Positions 1 through 10,578 of a stretch of DNA of 64,000 nt are shown in pieces. Both the position numbers and the translations under genes were made by a program. How positions within the stretch are numbered: the first letter of the stretch is position 1; each line of letters begins with the position of its first letter. The notes under the pieces are model-generated. The model had not been told where the DNA came from. It did not search any database and was given only the letters and a program-made list of their open reading frames with translations. Source of the DNA: an archaeon (lineage in GTDB: Archaea > Nanobdellota > Nanobdellia > Woesearchaeales > JBDRAZ01); assembly GCA_043823195.1 (NCBI GenBank), contig JBDRAZ010000034.1, forward strand, positions 12,699-76,698, read 5' to 3'.

Positions 1-2
1 TG

Positions 3-3000
3 AAGGTCTCTGACGGCGTAACCGAGATAAGGGAGACATGGTTCATGGTCAAGACCTTCCATCTCCTGGCAATCAACCCTGTCTACCACGAGTCGTCGAC
101 AGCGTTAAGCATGATGGGGTATGCCCTGGATTCTGAGACCCTTATGCCGCTTACTAATGTAAATGTCAAGTTTGAGGGCTTCTTTGATTCAAACTCCTTC
201 AAGCAGATAAGGGGGATCAGCGCACCCGATGCCGACACGTCCGGCGGCTATTTCATGCTGAACATAAACTCCTCACCCTCCAAGGAGGGCACCTACCTGT
301 TTGTGGTGAGCGCATCAGACGGGTCATCTGCTGACGAATCTGTGGACTATCTTTTCATACAGGATTACGCCAAGCTCAGGTGCGAGCTATCTGACTCATC
401 CCAGTCCTCGGTATCCCCGGGAACCTCAGTGGGATACAAGGTAACCCTCAAGGACAGGCTCCTTACCCCGATTGAGGGGGTTAATGTGAGCATCTCAAAG
501 TTCACAAAGTCAGACACCCTTGTGGACTCCGCTGCCACAACCACATCATCGGGCATCACCAGCTCCAACGGGCTTGCCACCATCACTGTCAAGGCCCCGA
601 ACAGTATTGGGAACTACCGCCCGGTTGTCAAGGCCAACGGCAGGGAGCTAACTGCCAAGTACTACCAGCAGGGGATGTTCGACTGCCAGATCGGGGTATG
701 GCAGATTGAGGCTGACGTCAACCTCTATGACAGGTACAGCACCGAGAGAGACGATTTTGCCCCCGGCCAGAATATTACCGTGGAGTTCGCTCTCACAAAC
801 CCGGGCGGCGGTGCAATCAGCATGAGTGAGCTTAAGCTTGTCCAGTACACCTGCATAGGCGGGGACTGCATGTCAGTTGCCCTGTCCGGCGGTTCACTCA
901 CAACCGCGCTTGGCGCAAAAAAGACAAGCGGCTTTACCGCAAGCAACAATTTCAGCTTTACCGCACCGGCGCTAAAAGGGCTCTACGTTCTGACAACCCA
1001 GACCAAAGACACCAGCAACAACAGGAATATCATCCCCAAGACAATCAAGATAGTGGATCAGGCAAAGGCCCAGGGAGTAAAATACAACCTCTGGATGCCC
1101 AATAACTACTATGCCCCGTCTGACCCCATAATCACCAACATATCAACCACCGGGAGGATACTGGTTAATGCCTCAGTGCTGCGCAACCTTGACAATCAGT
1201 CAGCGCGTGTGCCGTTCAGCGGCTCAAACATTACAGTCACAGAGCCGGGAGGCTACTACAGCTTCTCTGTCCCCAACAACAAGCCCGGCACCTATGAGGC
1301 CACATTATGCGTCTACAGGAACACCTGCGCCAGCGGGGAAACCCGCAAATTTGTCTTTTCCGTAAACAAGGCATACAGTGTTCTGGCCAGGCCGTATCAG
1401 CCTGACGGCACCTATTCCCTGAGCGAGGATGTGACGCTGGAGATCCGGCTTGAGGACAACAGCAAAGTCGCCCAGAGCCTTGCAGATGAGGATGTCTCAG
1501 TGCAGTCGGTCCGCAAGGGCACAGCTGACTACGTAACACAGTTTCCCGGCGCGGTTACTGATTCGCCGAACCCGGGCTGGAAGCTTGTGACCCTCTCGCA
1601 CGGCATGAACCTTCCGACCGGGGACTATATAGCAGAGGTCCTGGTTGATTACGGGAGCACCGAGTACCATGTCCCTGTCCGCTTTTTCCTCGAATCCTAT
1701 GATCTCAGGCTGATAAGCGCGGACCACAGCCCCGGAATCATCTATTCAACAGATTCTGCAATTAATTTCAATGTGACCGCCGGCGGCGTCAATGCATCCG
1801 GCTACCTCTACATACGGGACCAGAAGGGCGGTTATTTCCTGCACGAGTATGACACACCCTTTAACCTGACGGGCGGGTTTGCCGTCCCGGGCGTTGCAAT
1901 TACCTCTCCCGGCGACTACATTGCTGTTGCAGCTGTCCCTGACAGATACACCCCGGGGAGAAAGGAAGCCTCATACAACCTGGTTGTCAAGGGCGGCTTT
2001 GATGTGTATATGAGCTACGAGAGCATGAACACCCAGATATGTGTTGCAGACTGCAACATTACCCTCAGGTTCACTCTTGTGGGGATTAACGGCAGTCCGC
2101 TGGCAACCGGCGAGACAGTCAATGTCAGCATCCTGAGCTACAGGAACCCATGGAACGGCCAGGTCATCAACGGGGCTGTGGGCATCGGCGGCGAGGTCAC
2201 CCTTACCGGCGGCAACGGCACCTATTCATTTGACCCCACAGACGCCGAGGGCACTTACAATGCGGATGTGCAGTTCTCCCGCGGCCCGAATTCAGTGATC
2301 CTCGGGCTCTGGTTCAGCACAGCCGGCTCAAAGTTCCACGCATACTCTGAGCAGTCCACCTACAGGCCAGGCGAAAACGTCTCTATCCAGGCCATGGTTG
2401 AGTATGGCAACGGCTCCGGCATTGCCGGCCACACCATAGAGCTGAAATCAGTCAGCTATGCAGCAAAAGGAAGCACCTATTACATCTCAGATTCAGCCTT
2501 TGTTGTGCCCAGTGATGTGACTGATGCGCAGGGAAGGGCAACTGTCAGGTTCGTGCTTCCCACCAATGTCACAGGCAGCTTCAGCGTCGAGATAAATGAC
2601 ACAGACACCGGCGAGATTAGGACCCTGGCAGTGAGTTCATCATCCTACAATACAGACATTTACGAGGTGACGCGGGGCCCGTATTCCAACGGCGAGCCGT
2701 TCTCACTGGAAATAAAGGTGAAGGACCAGGATTATAACCCTGTAAGCGGCCTTCCGGTGACCTATACCGTGAGGAGCGAGGAGAACAACTGGAACACCGT
2801 GCCGGGCAACGACTCTGTCCCCCTCGGCACCACAAATGCTGACGGAAGAGTCCGGCTTGATTATGTAATACCCGACAGTTTCTTTGGCTTCTATGACTTT
2901 GAGATCAACATAGACAACGGCGCAGTCAGGGAATGGAGGGGCTTCTGGGTAAGTCCCTTTGAGCTGATGGTTGACATCCGGGGAGAGGTTACCGGTGAGG

Positions 3001-6000
3001 CCAATACCTACCGCGACAATGAGATACCCCTCAATGCCGAGGTGGTTGTCACTGTCAATGCAAAGCACAACAACGGCTCCGGGCTTTCAGGCGCAGCGGT
3101 AGCTATGGACCGCGTATACCAGCTAGGGTCAGGCCAAAACAAGGGCCCCGGCACAGAAATTGATGTGACAAATGGAATCTCAATCACTCAGAGAACTGAC
3201 ACAACAGATTCCGGCGGCACAGCAGATCTCAGGTTCAAGGTGGCAAACCTGACACCCGGCGAAGAATATGATGTCAGAACCCAGATAAATGTCTCAGGCA
3301 ACAGCCTTTCGTGGAACAAGTGGTTCAGGATCTCATCATTCACGTGGGCAGCTGAACTCGTGGCAGATCCCAGCATTAATGACACCGAATACTATGTTGT
3401 CAACAGTAAGGGTCCCGGCGAAAGCGTCTTTGTCTCAGTGAATATTACAGGGGATGCCTCCAACCTTGCGATGTGCCTTGAGCGCGTCGAAAGCCTGTTC
3501 ACGCACAACAACATAAATTACCAGCGCTGCTATCCGGTCAACTCGAGCACCGGGGGAGCCAGCTTCAGTTTCAGTGCACCCCAGGAGTCAGGTGAATACG
3601 AGGCAGTTGCCTTCCTGAAGAACACCCAGCAGGGGTACAGGGAAGGCGAGGTAAGGCTGTGGTTCAAGGTTCTCGGCGGGGCAGAGGCCAACTTCGAGAT
3701 GAATACCTGGATCGCAGGCGAAAACGTCTGGGCCGGTGCCAATGCCACGGTCTGGGTGGAACTCTGGAACAGGAACGGCTGGCAGGATGTCGACGAGATG
3801 ACGGCATGCGGCAACCTGAGGATAACCGAGGTCCGTGATGATGAGACCTGGCAGGTCGTGCTGACCGAGGGCGATATAACGCAGATGGCGAGGCAGGGCA
3901 ATGCAATGACCGGCCCGCCGGGCGCCAAGATTAGTTTCATGGTGCCAAGCCTCCCGGCAAAGAACTACAATGCTAAGGTTGAGTGCGAATACCTTGGGAT
4001 AACAAGGGACATCTGGTTCAGGGTCGCAAGCTTCCAGGTGTCAAGCCTGATGCCGGAATATGTGCAGAAGGGCCAGAATGTCTCATACTGGATTAAGGCT
4101 ACATACGCGAACGGCACGCCATTGTCCAATGCAACGCTTACAGTCAGGAGACTATGGAACAACTGGAACTGGGGCGAGCCTCCAAGGCAGATCAACAAGG
4201 TGTACTATACCGACCAGTACGGCGAGTTCACCGGAAGCATACTCGCGCCGCAGGTGACCAGCAGGTACCACCTTGAGATGGAGGTTACCGACGGCCTTGA
4301 CAGGCAGGAGATCCATAAGGAATTCGAGATAAGGGGCATGAATGTTGACCTGACGATCGGCAAGGGCCGAAAGACCCTCTTTGCCGGTGATGACCTGACC
4401 ATTACTGTCATGGTCAGCGATCAGAACGGCCAGCCGATAGGCAATAGCCGGGTGGAGTTCAGGCTCTTCAGGCACTCCTATGAGGGCGGCGAGGCAAAGG
4501 CTGACTCCAAGGAGGACTGCCACCAGGTCTACGACTCTCTAAACTGCACGAACATAGGCCACTGCATGTGGGATGACAGCGTGTGCAAATTCGCAGGCGA
4601 GTTCTGCGGACAGATGAATGCAGACGCTGATGCATGCGAGGCTGAGCCCGTTTGCTGGTATGACAACGGAATGGAGCAGTGCAGGGAGGACATGAGCCAG
4701 ATCGGCGGCGGCAGCTTCAATAATGAGCATCAGGAAAAACAAACCACCTATGCAGGCGAGGCAAAATTCACATACTCAGGCGACAAGGCCCTCCCCAAGG
4801 GCGAATACGAGCTTGAGATCAATGTTGACGCACCTGGCTATGGCTGGTACGGCACGCGCAAGATGTTCTTCATGAGGACAATAAACGTCACAATGGCAAC
4901 CGACAGGCTGAGCTATAAGCCGGGCGAGACAGTCCACATAAACATCACAGGCCGCTACAAGAACGGCACACCGGTCAGCACCGGCGTCATGGTTGAGTCG
5001 GGCCTTGAGGCCTCAAAGTTCGGCATGAACGAGCAGATGATGACGTGCATGTCAAAGAGGACACAGGACACCTGTGAGATTGAGACCTCCTGCGTATGGT
5101 TCGGGGAGAATGACTACAATCCTGACTGCGAGATGGGGGGCTTCTGCGACATGAACTGCAGCGGCTGCCCGGACGGAGAGCCCTGCGAACTGGAGACGTG
5201 CGAGGCCATTTGCTCACAATGCGGCGGCAATGATTACGGGCAACCCGGCTGCTATGCCAAAGAGGTTAGCTATGATGAGGTCATGGAGGTGCCGTTTGTC
5301 AACGGCATTGCATCATACAACTTGACCTTCCCGACAGAGAACACCACTGCGGGTCCGGCCATGATCTGGGCAGACATAGTGAGGAACCACAGGCCCGTCG
5401 ATATTATCGACTCGATGGTGCTCCTTTTTGACCCTGCGACCGACGATTTCGTTGTGACCGTGCCCGACTCCATCGTCAGTGCCGGCGAGCTTTTTGATGT
5501 GTTAATCAACACCTCAGCAGCCAACGCCCAGAAGCTTTCCATATCGCCCTCGGCAATGCATATGCAGAGCTCCGGCGGCGCAATCCCTATGCAGGAGATG
5601 ATGGGCGGCGGCAAGGAATCCGGAAAGGAGGACTGGTACGGGTCTGAGATCTATCTCAACCCTGCAAGCCTCGGCGGAACCCACATGATGATCCTGGCAA
5701 GGCAAAGGCCCGGTGACTATGTCACAATGGTCAGCCTCCAGGAAAAGGGTGCCGATTTCACCAGCGGTGAAAACATGGAAGAGGTCTTCTTTGTGCAGTA
5801 TACTGTCAACAGTTCTGCAGGGGAGTGCACTGCCAGCTTTGAATGCAACGACAACGTAAGCACGACAAGGGATGTCTGCCTCTTTACCAAATGCAAGCAT
5901 TATGAGATAACCAACACCTCTGAGTGCAGCAGCGACAATGACTGTCCGAATTATGCAGGCCAGAACAAATACGGCATATGCAACTACCAGATGCGCTGTG

Positions 6001-8579
6001 AGAACATTACAGGCAGCTGCGCCCAGAACAGCGATTGCAATGACGGAATCGACCAGACATATGACTACTGCCAGCAGTACCAGTGCTTCTATCAGAACAA
6101 CACAAATGTTGAATGCACATCCTCTGCGCAGTGCACGAGTCCGCCTGACCCGGCCTTTATTGCATTCTGCGAGTATGGCGAGTGCTACTATGTGCCGCCT
6201 CAGAACATCGAATGCAACATTGACTCAGACTGCAACCAAAGCAACAGCGAATGGTGCGACAACTGGGACCACCAGTGCCATCTGGGCATGAACTGCAACT
6301 GCGAATCAACCTCAGACTGCGCAGAACAGCCCTACGGCGCCGACACGCTTGGCCTGTGCATGTGCCAGTGCGAGTACTTCAACGGCACAGACTTCAACTG
6401 GCTGTACAGCTGGAACAAGTCGCGCGACGCATGGGGCAACCACAGCGGAATAATCTGGGGCTGGGGCGGTACAGAGGAGGCTGATGAAGCAAAGCCATTC
6501 AGCGGAAACCCGGGCGGAGATGCAATCCTTGCCCTGGTGGCTGCGGACACTGATTACCTCTACACCCAGCTGCAGATGGGTGGATTTGACATGATGGGCG
6601 GCCTGCCCTATTGCGGCGGCTCATTCCCCGCCGACTACGCCTCAGGCAACATAAAGAGCGAGCAGTATGTCATGTACTATGACACAAAGTCCGGCGGCTC
6701 CGATATTACCAATATCAGCGGCGCAGACTACAGGTTCACCCTGAGATTCACTGAATCGCCCACCTTTATTGCAGCCATGCTCTGGGAATGGAACTCAGGA
6801 TACGGCAACTGGACTGCGCTCAGCGCACGGCCCATCAGCGAGTTTGACTATGGGGTGGAGTGCAACATGGGCACGCTTGATTTCAAGGTAAACAAGACGA
6901 CAATCAACCTGACCGAGCCTGCCAGGATCATTGCGGGAGTGCACATGACCAGCTTTGTCAACTACAGCGCCAGCTGGACAAGGACCATGTACTACGGCTA
7001 CTATGAAGAGACCACGCACTGGAACGGTGCAGCCCTCCGGACATTCTCCGGGGGCATAATAGACATTGTGCCTGATTCAGGCTGGCAGTGGACCAATGAC
7101 ACCGGCTGGAGCGGCGGCAACATGCCTAAAGACAGCCCGCCCCCTTCAGTCTGCGGTGACGGTGCAGCAGGTGACGGCGAGGAGTGCGATGACGGTGATG
7201 ACTCTGATACCTACTACACGGAAAACTCCGGGGATGATGACGGCAACTGCGTAATAGACGATCAGAGGATGGGTGATTCCTGCAGGATGAATATCTGCGG
7301 CGACGGCTACCTGAAAGGCGGCGAAGCCTGTGATGACAGCAACAACGACAACGGCGACGGGTGCTCAGCGTCCTGCCAGATAGAGGAGGGTGCAGGGCAA
7401 AGCCTCTCTCTGCTCAAGCTGAGGACGCAGCCAATCGGCCCTGTCCTGGTGAACGACACCATGGTGTTCAGGATAAATATCACTAACGATGGCGGCGAGA
7501 ACTTCACAATAGTCCCGCTCAGGGATTTTTATGGCAGCTGCATGGTCTATGATACAGCATACCCTCCGCCTGATGTTGTCAACACCACAACAAGAAAGTT
7601 CAACTGGACTGATCTTACCGAGAGCTTTGGAGCCGATTTGTTACCCGGGCACAGTTTTATTGTTGAGGTTAATTTGACAGCCAACTGTACGGGTAGTTCC
7701 GTAAACTGGGCCTATGTCGAGAATCCCTCCAACACAACGGGAATGACAAACATTGCCAGGAGCGATTCAGTGGATGTTGACATCACGGAAAGCCTTCCGC
7801 CGCAGTCTGGCCTGAGCGGTTACATACAGGACGGCAGCGGCAGCGGGATTACAGGGGCTAAGATGAGGTTTGCCAGCGATCCCCAGACAGTTTATACCCT
7901 GGGCTACGGGAGCTACAGCGTGGACCTTGTGCCGGGAGTCCATCATCTCAACATCTCGTACAATGGGCTTGCCAATGTCTCAGCCGAGCTGAACATCTCG
8001 GCAAACTCCACCCTGAATATCACGATGCCTGCTGTGGGGCTGATCGGGCCTCCGATTATTAATCTGACTTCAAGCAGGATAACATTGGTGATCCAGAACC
8101 TTGAGAGCATGAATTTCAGTATCTTCCATACTGAGCAGATGTTCAACAGCACTAACGACGCAATAACAACTCCGGTGACAACAAGCTTCACACTGCTTGA
8201 AGCCTCAAACAACACTATAGAATACGACCTGTCCAATCCCGGCTACATGCCCAAGGCAGGTTCGTATATCCTGCTGAGGGAAAAGGGGAATGCAACTGGC
8301 CAGTTTTCAGGCGGTGTGGACATCATTGACCTGACTTTTGCGCTGACCTTGAAACATATGATCAATATTGAGGTTGGCGCCTGCAGCGGCGACACGGCAA
8401 ACCCCTGCAACATCTTCATTGGGGATGGTGAGTCCTGTTCAATGACCAACGCCTGCAGCTACAATGGAACGCATTGCAACGGCGCTTCCTGGGACTGCTC
8501 TGACGTTACTCTTGAGCCGTTCTGCACAAACATGGACGGGACAGGCGGAAAACCCACATGCGTTTGGGGGGGTGGATAA
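3..8579 (+). CDS. Giant extracellular protein, 5'-truncated: tandem macroglobulin(MG)/Ig-like modules, Cys-rich repeats, Myxococcus-type Cys-rich repeat, DUF11-like and carboxypeptidase-regulatory-like domains
   Basis: Frame is open from position 3 (KVSDGVTEIRETWFM...), so the true start lies upstream of the window. MG2-like motifs SEQSTYRPGENV and TDRLSYKPGETV; modules end in W/F-F-x-V; CGDGYLKGGEACDDSNNDNGDGCSASCQIE; Cys-rich blocks at ~4515-5255 and ~5825-6375. Confidence 0.75.
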   Translation, partial: KVSDGVTEIRETWFMVKTFHLLAINPVYHESSTALSMMGYALDSETLMPLTNVNVKFEGFFDSNSFKQIRGISAPDADTSGGYFMLNINSSPSKEGTYLFVVSASDGSSADESVDYLFIQDYAKLRCELSDSSQSSVSPGTSVGYKVTLKDRLLTPIEGVNVSISKFTKSDTLVDSAATTTSSGITSSNGLATITVKAPNSIGNYRPVVKANGRELTAKYYQQGMFDCQIGVWQIEADVNLYDRYSTERDDFAPGQNITVEFALTNPGGGAISMSELKLVQYTCIGGDCMSVALSGGSLTTALGAKKTSGFTASNNFSFTAPALKGLYVLTTQTKDTSNNRNIIPKTIKIVDQAKAQGVKYNLWMPNNYYAPSDPIITNISTTGRILVNASVLRNLDNQSARVPFSGSNITVTEPGGYYSFSVPNNKPGTYEATLCVYRNTCASGETRKFVFSVNKAYSVLARPYQPDGTYSLSEDVTLEIRLEDNSKVAQSLADEDVSVQSVRKGTADYVTQFPGAVTDSPNPGWKLVTLSHGMNLPTGDYIAEVLVDYGSTEYHVPVRFFLESYDLRLISADHSPGIIYSTDSAINFNVTAGGVNASGYLYIRDQKGGYFLHEYDTPFNLTGGFAVPGVAITSPGDYIAVAAVPDRYTPGRKEASYNLVVKGGFDVYMSYESMNTQICVADCNITLRFTLVGINGSPLATGETVNVSILSYRNPWNGQVINGAVGIGGEVTLTGGNGTYSFDPTDAEGTYNADVQFSRGPNSVILGLWFSTAGSKFHAYSEQSTYRPGENVSIQAMVEYGNGSGIAGHTIELKSVSYAAKGSTYYISDSAFVVPSDVTDAQGRATVRFVLPTNVTGSFSVEINDTDTGEIRTLAVSSSSYNTDIYEVTRGPYSNGEPFSLEIKVKDQDYNPVSGLPVTYTVRSEENNWNTVPGNDSVPLGTTNADGRVRLDYVIPDSFFGFYDFEINIDNGAVREWRGFWVSPFELMVDIRGEVTGEANTYRDNEIPLNAEVVVTVNAKHNNGSGLSGAAVAMDRVYQLGSGQNKGPGTEIDVTNGISITQRTDTTDSGGTADLRFKVANLTPGEEYDVRTQINVSGNSLSWNKWFRISSFTWAAELVADPSINDTEYYVVNSKGPGESVFVSVNITGDASNLAMCLERVESLFTHNNINYQRCYPVNSSTGGASFSFSAPQESGEYEAVAFLKNTQQGYREGEVRLWFKVLGGAEANFEMNTWIAGENVWAGANATVWVELWNRNGWQDVDEMTACGNLRITEVRDDETWQVVLTEGDITQMARQGNAMTGPPGAKISFMVPSLPAKNYNAKVECEYLGITRDIWFRVASFQVSSLMPEYVQKGQNVSYWIKATYANGTPLSNATLTVRRLWNNWNWGEPPRQINKVYYTDQYGEFTGSILAPQVTSRYHLEMEVTDGLDRQEIHKEFEIRGMNVDLTIGKGRKTLFAGDDLTITVMVSDQNGQPIGNSRVEFRLFRHSYEGGEAKADSKEDCHQVYDSLNCTNIGHCMWDDSVCKFAGEFCGQMNADADACEAEPVCWYDNGMEQCREDMSQIGGGSFNNEHQEKQTTYAGEAKFTYSGDKALPKGEYELEINVDAPGYGWYGTRKMFFMRTINVTMATDRLSYKPGETVHINITGRYKNGTPVSTGVMVESGLEASKFGMNEQMMTCMSKRTQDTCEIETSCVWFGENDYNPDCEMGGFCDMNCSGCPDGEPCELETCEAICSQCGGNDYGQPGCYAKEVSYDEVMEVPFVNGIASYNLTFPTENTTAGPAMIWADIVRNHRPVDIIDSMVLLFDPATDDFVVTVPDSIVSAGELFDVLINTSAANAQKLSISPSAMHMQSSGGAIPMQEMMGGGKESGKEDWYGSEIYLNPASLGGTHMMILARQRPGDYVTMVSLQEKGADFTSGENMEEVFFVQYTVNSSAGECTASFECNDNVSTTRDVCLFTKCKHYEITNTSECSSDNDCPNYAGQNKYGICNYQMRCENITGSCAQNSDCNDGIDQTYDYCQQYQCFYQNNTNVECTSSAQCTSPPDPAFIAFCEYGECYYVPPQNIECNIDSDCNQSNSEWCDNWDHQCHLGMNCNCESTSDCAEQPYGADTLGLCMCQCEYFNGTDFNWLYSWNKSRDAWGNHSGIIWGWGGTEEADEAKPFSGNPGGDAILALVAADTDYLYTQLQMGGFDMMGGLPYCGGSFPADYASGNIKSEQYVMYYDTKSGGSDITNISGADYRFTLRFTESPTFIAAMLWEWNSGYGNWTALSARPISEFDYGVECNMGTLDFKVNKTTINLTEPARIIAGVHMTSFVNYSASWTRTMYYGYYEETTHWNGAALRTFSGGIIDIVPDSGWQWTNDTGWSGGNMPKDSPPPSVCGDGAAGDGEECDDGDDSDTYYTENSGDDDGNCVIDDQRMGDSCRMNICGDGYLKGGEACDDSNNDNGDGCSASCQIEEGAGQSLSLLKLRTQPIGPVLVNDTMVFRINITNDGGENFTIVPLRDFYGSCMVYDTAYPPPDVVNTTTRKFNWTDLTESFGADLLPGHSFIVEVNLTANCTGSSVNWAYVENPSNTTGMTNIARSDSVDVDITESLPPQSGLSGYIQDGSGSGITGAKMRFASDPQTVYTLGYGSYSVDLVPGVHHLNISYNGLANVSAELNISANSTLNITMPAVGLIGPPIINLTSSRITLVIQNLESMNFSIFHTEQMFNSTNDAITTPVTTSFTLLEASNNTIEYDLSNPGYMPKAGSYILLREKGNATGQFSGGVDIIDLTFALTLKHMINIEVGACSGDTANPCNIFIGDGESCSMTNACSYNGTHCNGASWDCSDVTLEPFCTNMDGTGGKPTCVWGGG

Positions 8580-8580
8580 T

Positions 8581-9831
8581 ATGAGACGACTAATTGCATT
8601 AACCTCTTTGGCAATCCTGCTGATGATTTCGGCAGCATCCGCTGCGGTGACCTGTGAAGTAGTGCCGATGGCAACAGCGATCCTTGGCGTAACTGAGGAT
8701 ATTTCAGTAACGTGTTCAGGGATAAGCGATTCCATAAGCATAACTCCCTCAGTGGGAAGCGAGGCATTTCTGGGGAGCTGCATTGAGGTCACGCCCTCTT
8801 CGCTCTCTGTCAGCGCCAGCTCGCCAACCGGGACATTCTCAGCAGAAGGGACAAAAGTCGGCTGCTCAGGGAATGGCAAGATCGTTACCTGGCAGTTTTC
8901 CGGCACCAGTGCACCGAACTCTGAGACAACCAACTACAACATCATCTTCCCGCCGACGATGACGCCAACCTTCATGAACAGCACATATTCAGTGAACAAC
9001 GGCACTGCAACCAACCTTTCGGTTACACTGCAGCTTTCAACGGTTCAGAACGCGGTGGATATCCGGGGTATTGAGATCATCCTGATAACCAACCTGAACG
9101 GCTCAGTTGCAGGGGTTTCAAACATGACCGGGATAACGATTGACGTTAGCGAATCCACCACCAAGTCTGTAACCTGGAACCTTGAGCTTCCGCCTATGCC
9201 CCCTGGCATGGACTACGACTTCAACGTCAGCATCAGTGCAGACAACGCAGACCCTGCCTCAGCCAGGACCACAATAGAGATTGTCAACGGCACAGGCAAC
9301 GTGTCGTCAGTCCAGGTAAGCATCGGGCTTAATGCCGGCTGGAACCTGATCAGCGTGCCGGCGCAGGCAGACAATATGTCATCTTCGGCGCTGCTCGCAT
9401 CCATACCAGGTTTCAACAGGGCCTGGATGTACAATGCCTCAGATGGCAGCCCCTGGAAACTGTATAACCCCGGCGGGTTTCCCTTCCTGAATACCTTAAG
9501 AGAGGTCAGCCCGGATTATGGCTACTGGGTCAGTGTGTCAGGAGCAGGCTCATTGAATGTCACCGGAAGCATCGTCACGAGTCTCGATGCCGATCTGGTG
9601 GCCGGATGGAACCTGATGGGGTATCCGTTTACCGTGCCGAGGACAGTGTCATCAGCCTTTTCAGGCCTTTCCAACTTTGACCGCGCCTGGGCCTACAATT
9701 CCTCCAGCGGCACTCCCTGGAATCTCTATGACCCGGATGGCATGGGGATGCTGAACACCCTGGCCGGCCTGAACCCGACCTTCGGTTATTGGGTAAGGGT
9801 TACAAGCAGTGAGACCTGGAGCCTGAGCTAG
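8581..9831 (+). CDS. Secreted protein with Ig-like region and C-terminal tandem GWNL domain
   Basis: ATG 8581 follows GGGGGTGG and the upstream stop; signal peptide MRRLIALTSLAILLMISAASA; two GWNL...YGYW repeats at the C-terminus. The track start at 8464 is probably too long. Confidence 0.8.
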   Translation: MRRLIALTSLAILLMISAASAAVTCEVVPMATAILGVTEDISVTCSGISDSISITPSVGSEAFLGSCIEVTPSSLSVSASSPTGTFSAEGTKVGCSGNGKIVTWQFSGTSAPNSETTNYNIIFPPTMTPTFMNSTYSVNNGTATNLSVTLQLSTVQNAVDIRGIEIILITNLNGSVAGVSNMTGITIDVSESTTKSVTWNLELPPMPPGMDYDFNVSISADNADPASARTTIEIVNGTGNVSSVQVSIGLNAGWNLISVPAQADNMSSSALLASIPGFNRAWMYNASDGSPWKLYNPGGFPFLNTLREVSPDYGYWVSVSGAGSLNVTGSIVTSLDADLVAGWNLMGYPFTVPRTVSSAFSGLSNFDRAWAYNSSSGTPWNLYDPDGMGMLNTLAGLNPTFGYWVRVTSSETWSLS

Positions 9832-9832
9832 G

Positions 9833-10510
9833 ATGTGGAAACCAATTGTTTTGTTTTTTTTCTTATTGCCCTTTGCATTTGGCCAGGGTGTTCCGCAGCT
9901 TCCCACCGTCTACTGGGGCCATATAACAAAGGACGGCGCCCAGGTCAACGGCCTGTATGTGAAGATATATACTGAAGACGGCATGCTGCTCGGGACAGAC
10001 CCTGAGGGCTCAAGATCAGACGGCGCAGGCGGCGAGGGCGCATATTTTGTGAATGTTGCCTGGGACGATCCCCTGACCGAAGAGCGGGAGGGGATCCGAT
10101 ACGGCGAGTGGATCATCTTCAAGATCAATGATGAGGTCGTAAAAGAGCTTGTCATCGGTGAGCAGGGGTCAGACTATAACATTGACATTGACCTGAGCAG
10201 GTCATCGGTCAGTCCGCCGGACCGCCAAGGCACCGGCATAATCCCCCCGCCCGCCACTCCGGCTGCCAGCACACAGCCGCCGGGCAATCAGCTCAATGCC
10301 CCGCAGGCAACCTCAGCAGACCCGGTACCCCAGCAGGTATCAAATCCTCCTGAACAGGATCCGGCGCCTGAAACACCAGAATCCCAGGAAACTGCGCCCC
10401 AAACTGCCGGCAGTCCCATCTCAAGATTGCCTGTTATCATAAGCCTGGTGGTTGCGGTGGCGATATTGGTCATCCTGATCATTTTCTTCTCGTTCCGCAA
10501 ACCCGCCTGA
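9833..10510 (+). CDS. Membrane-anchored surface protein: signal peptide, ~105-aa beta domain, Pro/Gln/Thr-rich linker, C-terminal TM helix with basic tail
   Basis: PQLPTVYWGHITKDG...DDPLTEEREG...IIFKIN domain; P/Q/T-rich stalk; LPVIISLVVAVAILVILIIFFSF-RKPA. Confidence 0.8.
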   Translation: MWKPIVLFFFLLPFAFGQGVPQLPTVYWGHITKDGAQVNGLYVKIYTEDGMLLGTDPEGSRSDGAGGEGAYFVNVAWDDPLTEEREGIRYGEWIIFKINDEVVKELVIGEQGSDYNIDIDLSRSSVSPPDRQGTGIIPPPATPAASTQPPGNQLNAPQATSADPVPQQVSNPPEQDPAPETPESQETAPQTAGSPISRLPVIISLVVAVAILVILIIFFSFRKPA

Positions 10511-10517
10511 CTGACCA

Positions 10518-10537
10518 TATATGCATACATATAAATA
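10518..10537 (+). promoter_or_regulatory. TATA box (TATAAATA) overlapped by inverted repeat TATATG-N4-CATATA, upstream of the first C25 protease
   Basis: Seen in the only AT-rich gap between 10510 and 10579. Confidence 0.45.
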
Positions 10538-10578
10538 CCATTGGCGGGCAATTGGCATTTGACAAAAAAGGTGATCAC

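Noticed and set aside
6318-6329. CAEQ tetrapeptide as an alpha-2-macroglobulin thioester motif (CxEQ)
   Set aside because: It lies inside a Cys-rich repeat (CESTSDCAEQPYG) where the Cys matches the repeat's C....DC pattern. There is no preceding PYG and no helical thioester domain, so it is probably coincidental.
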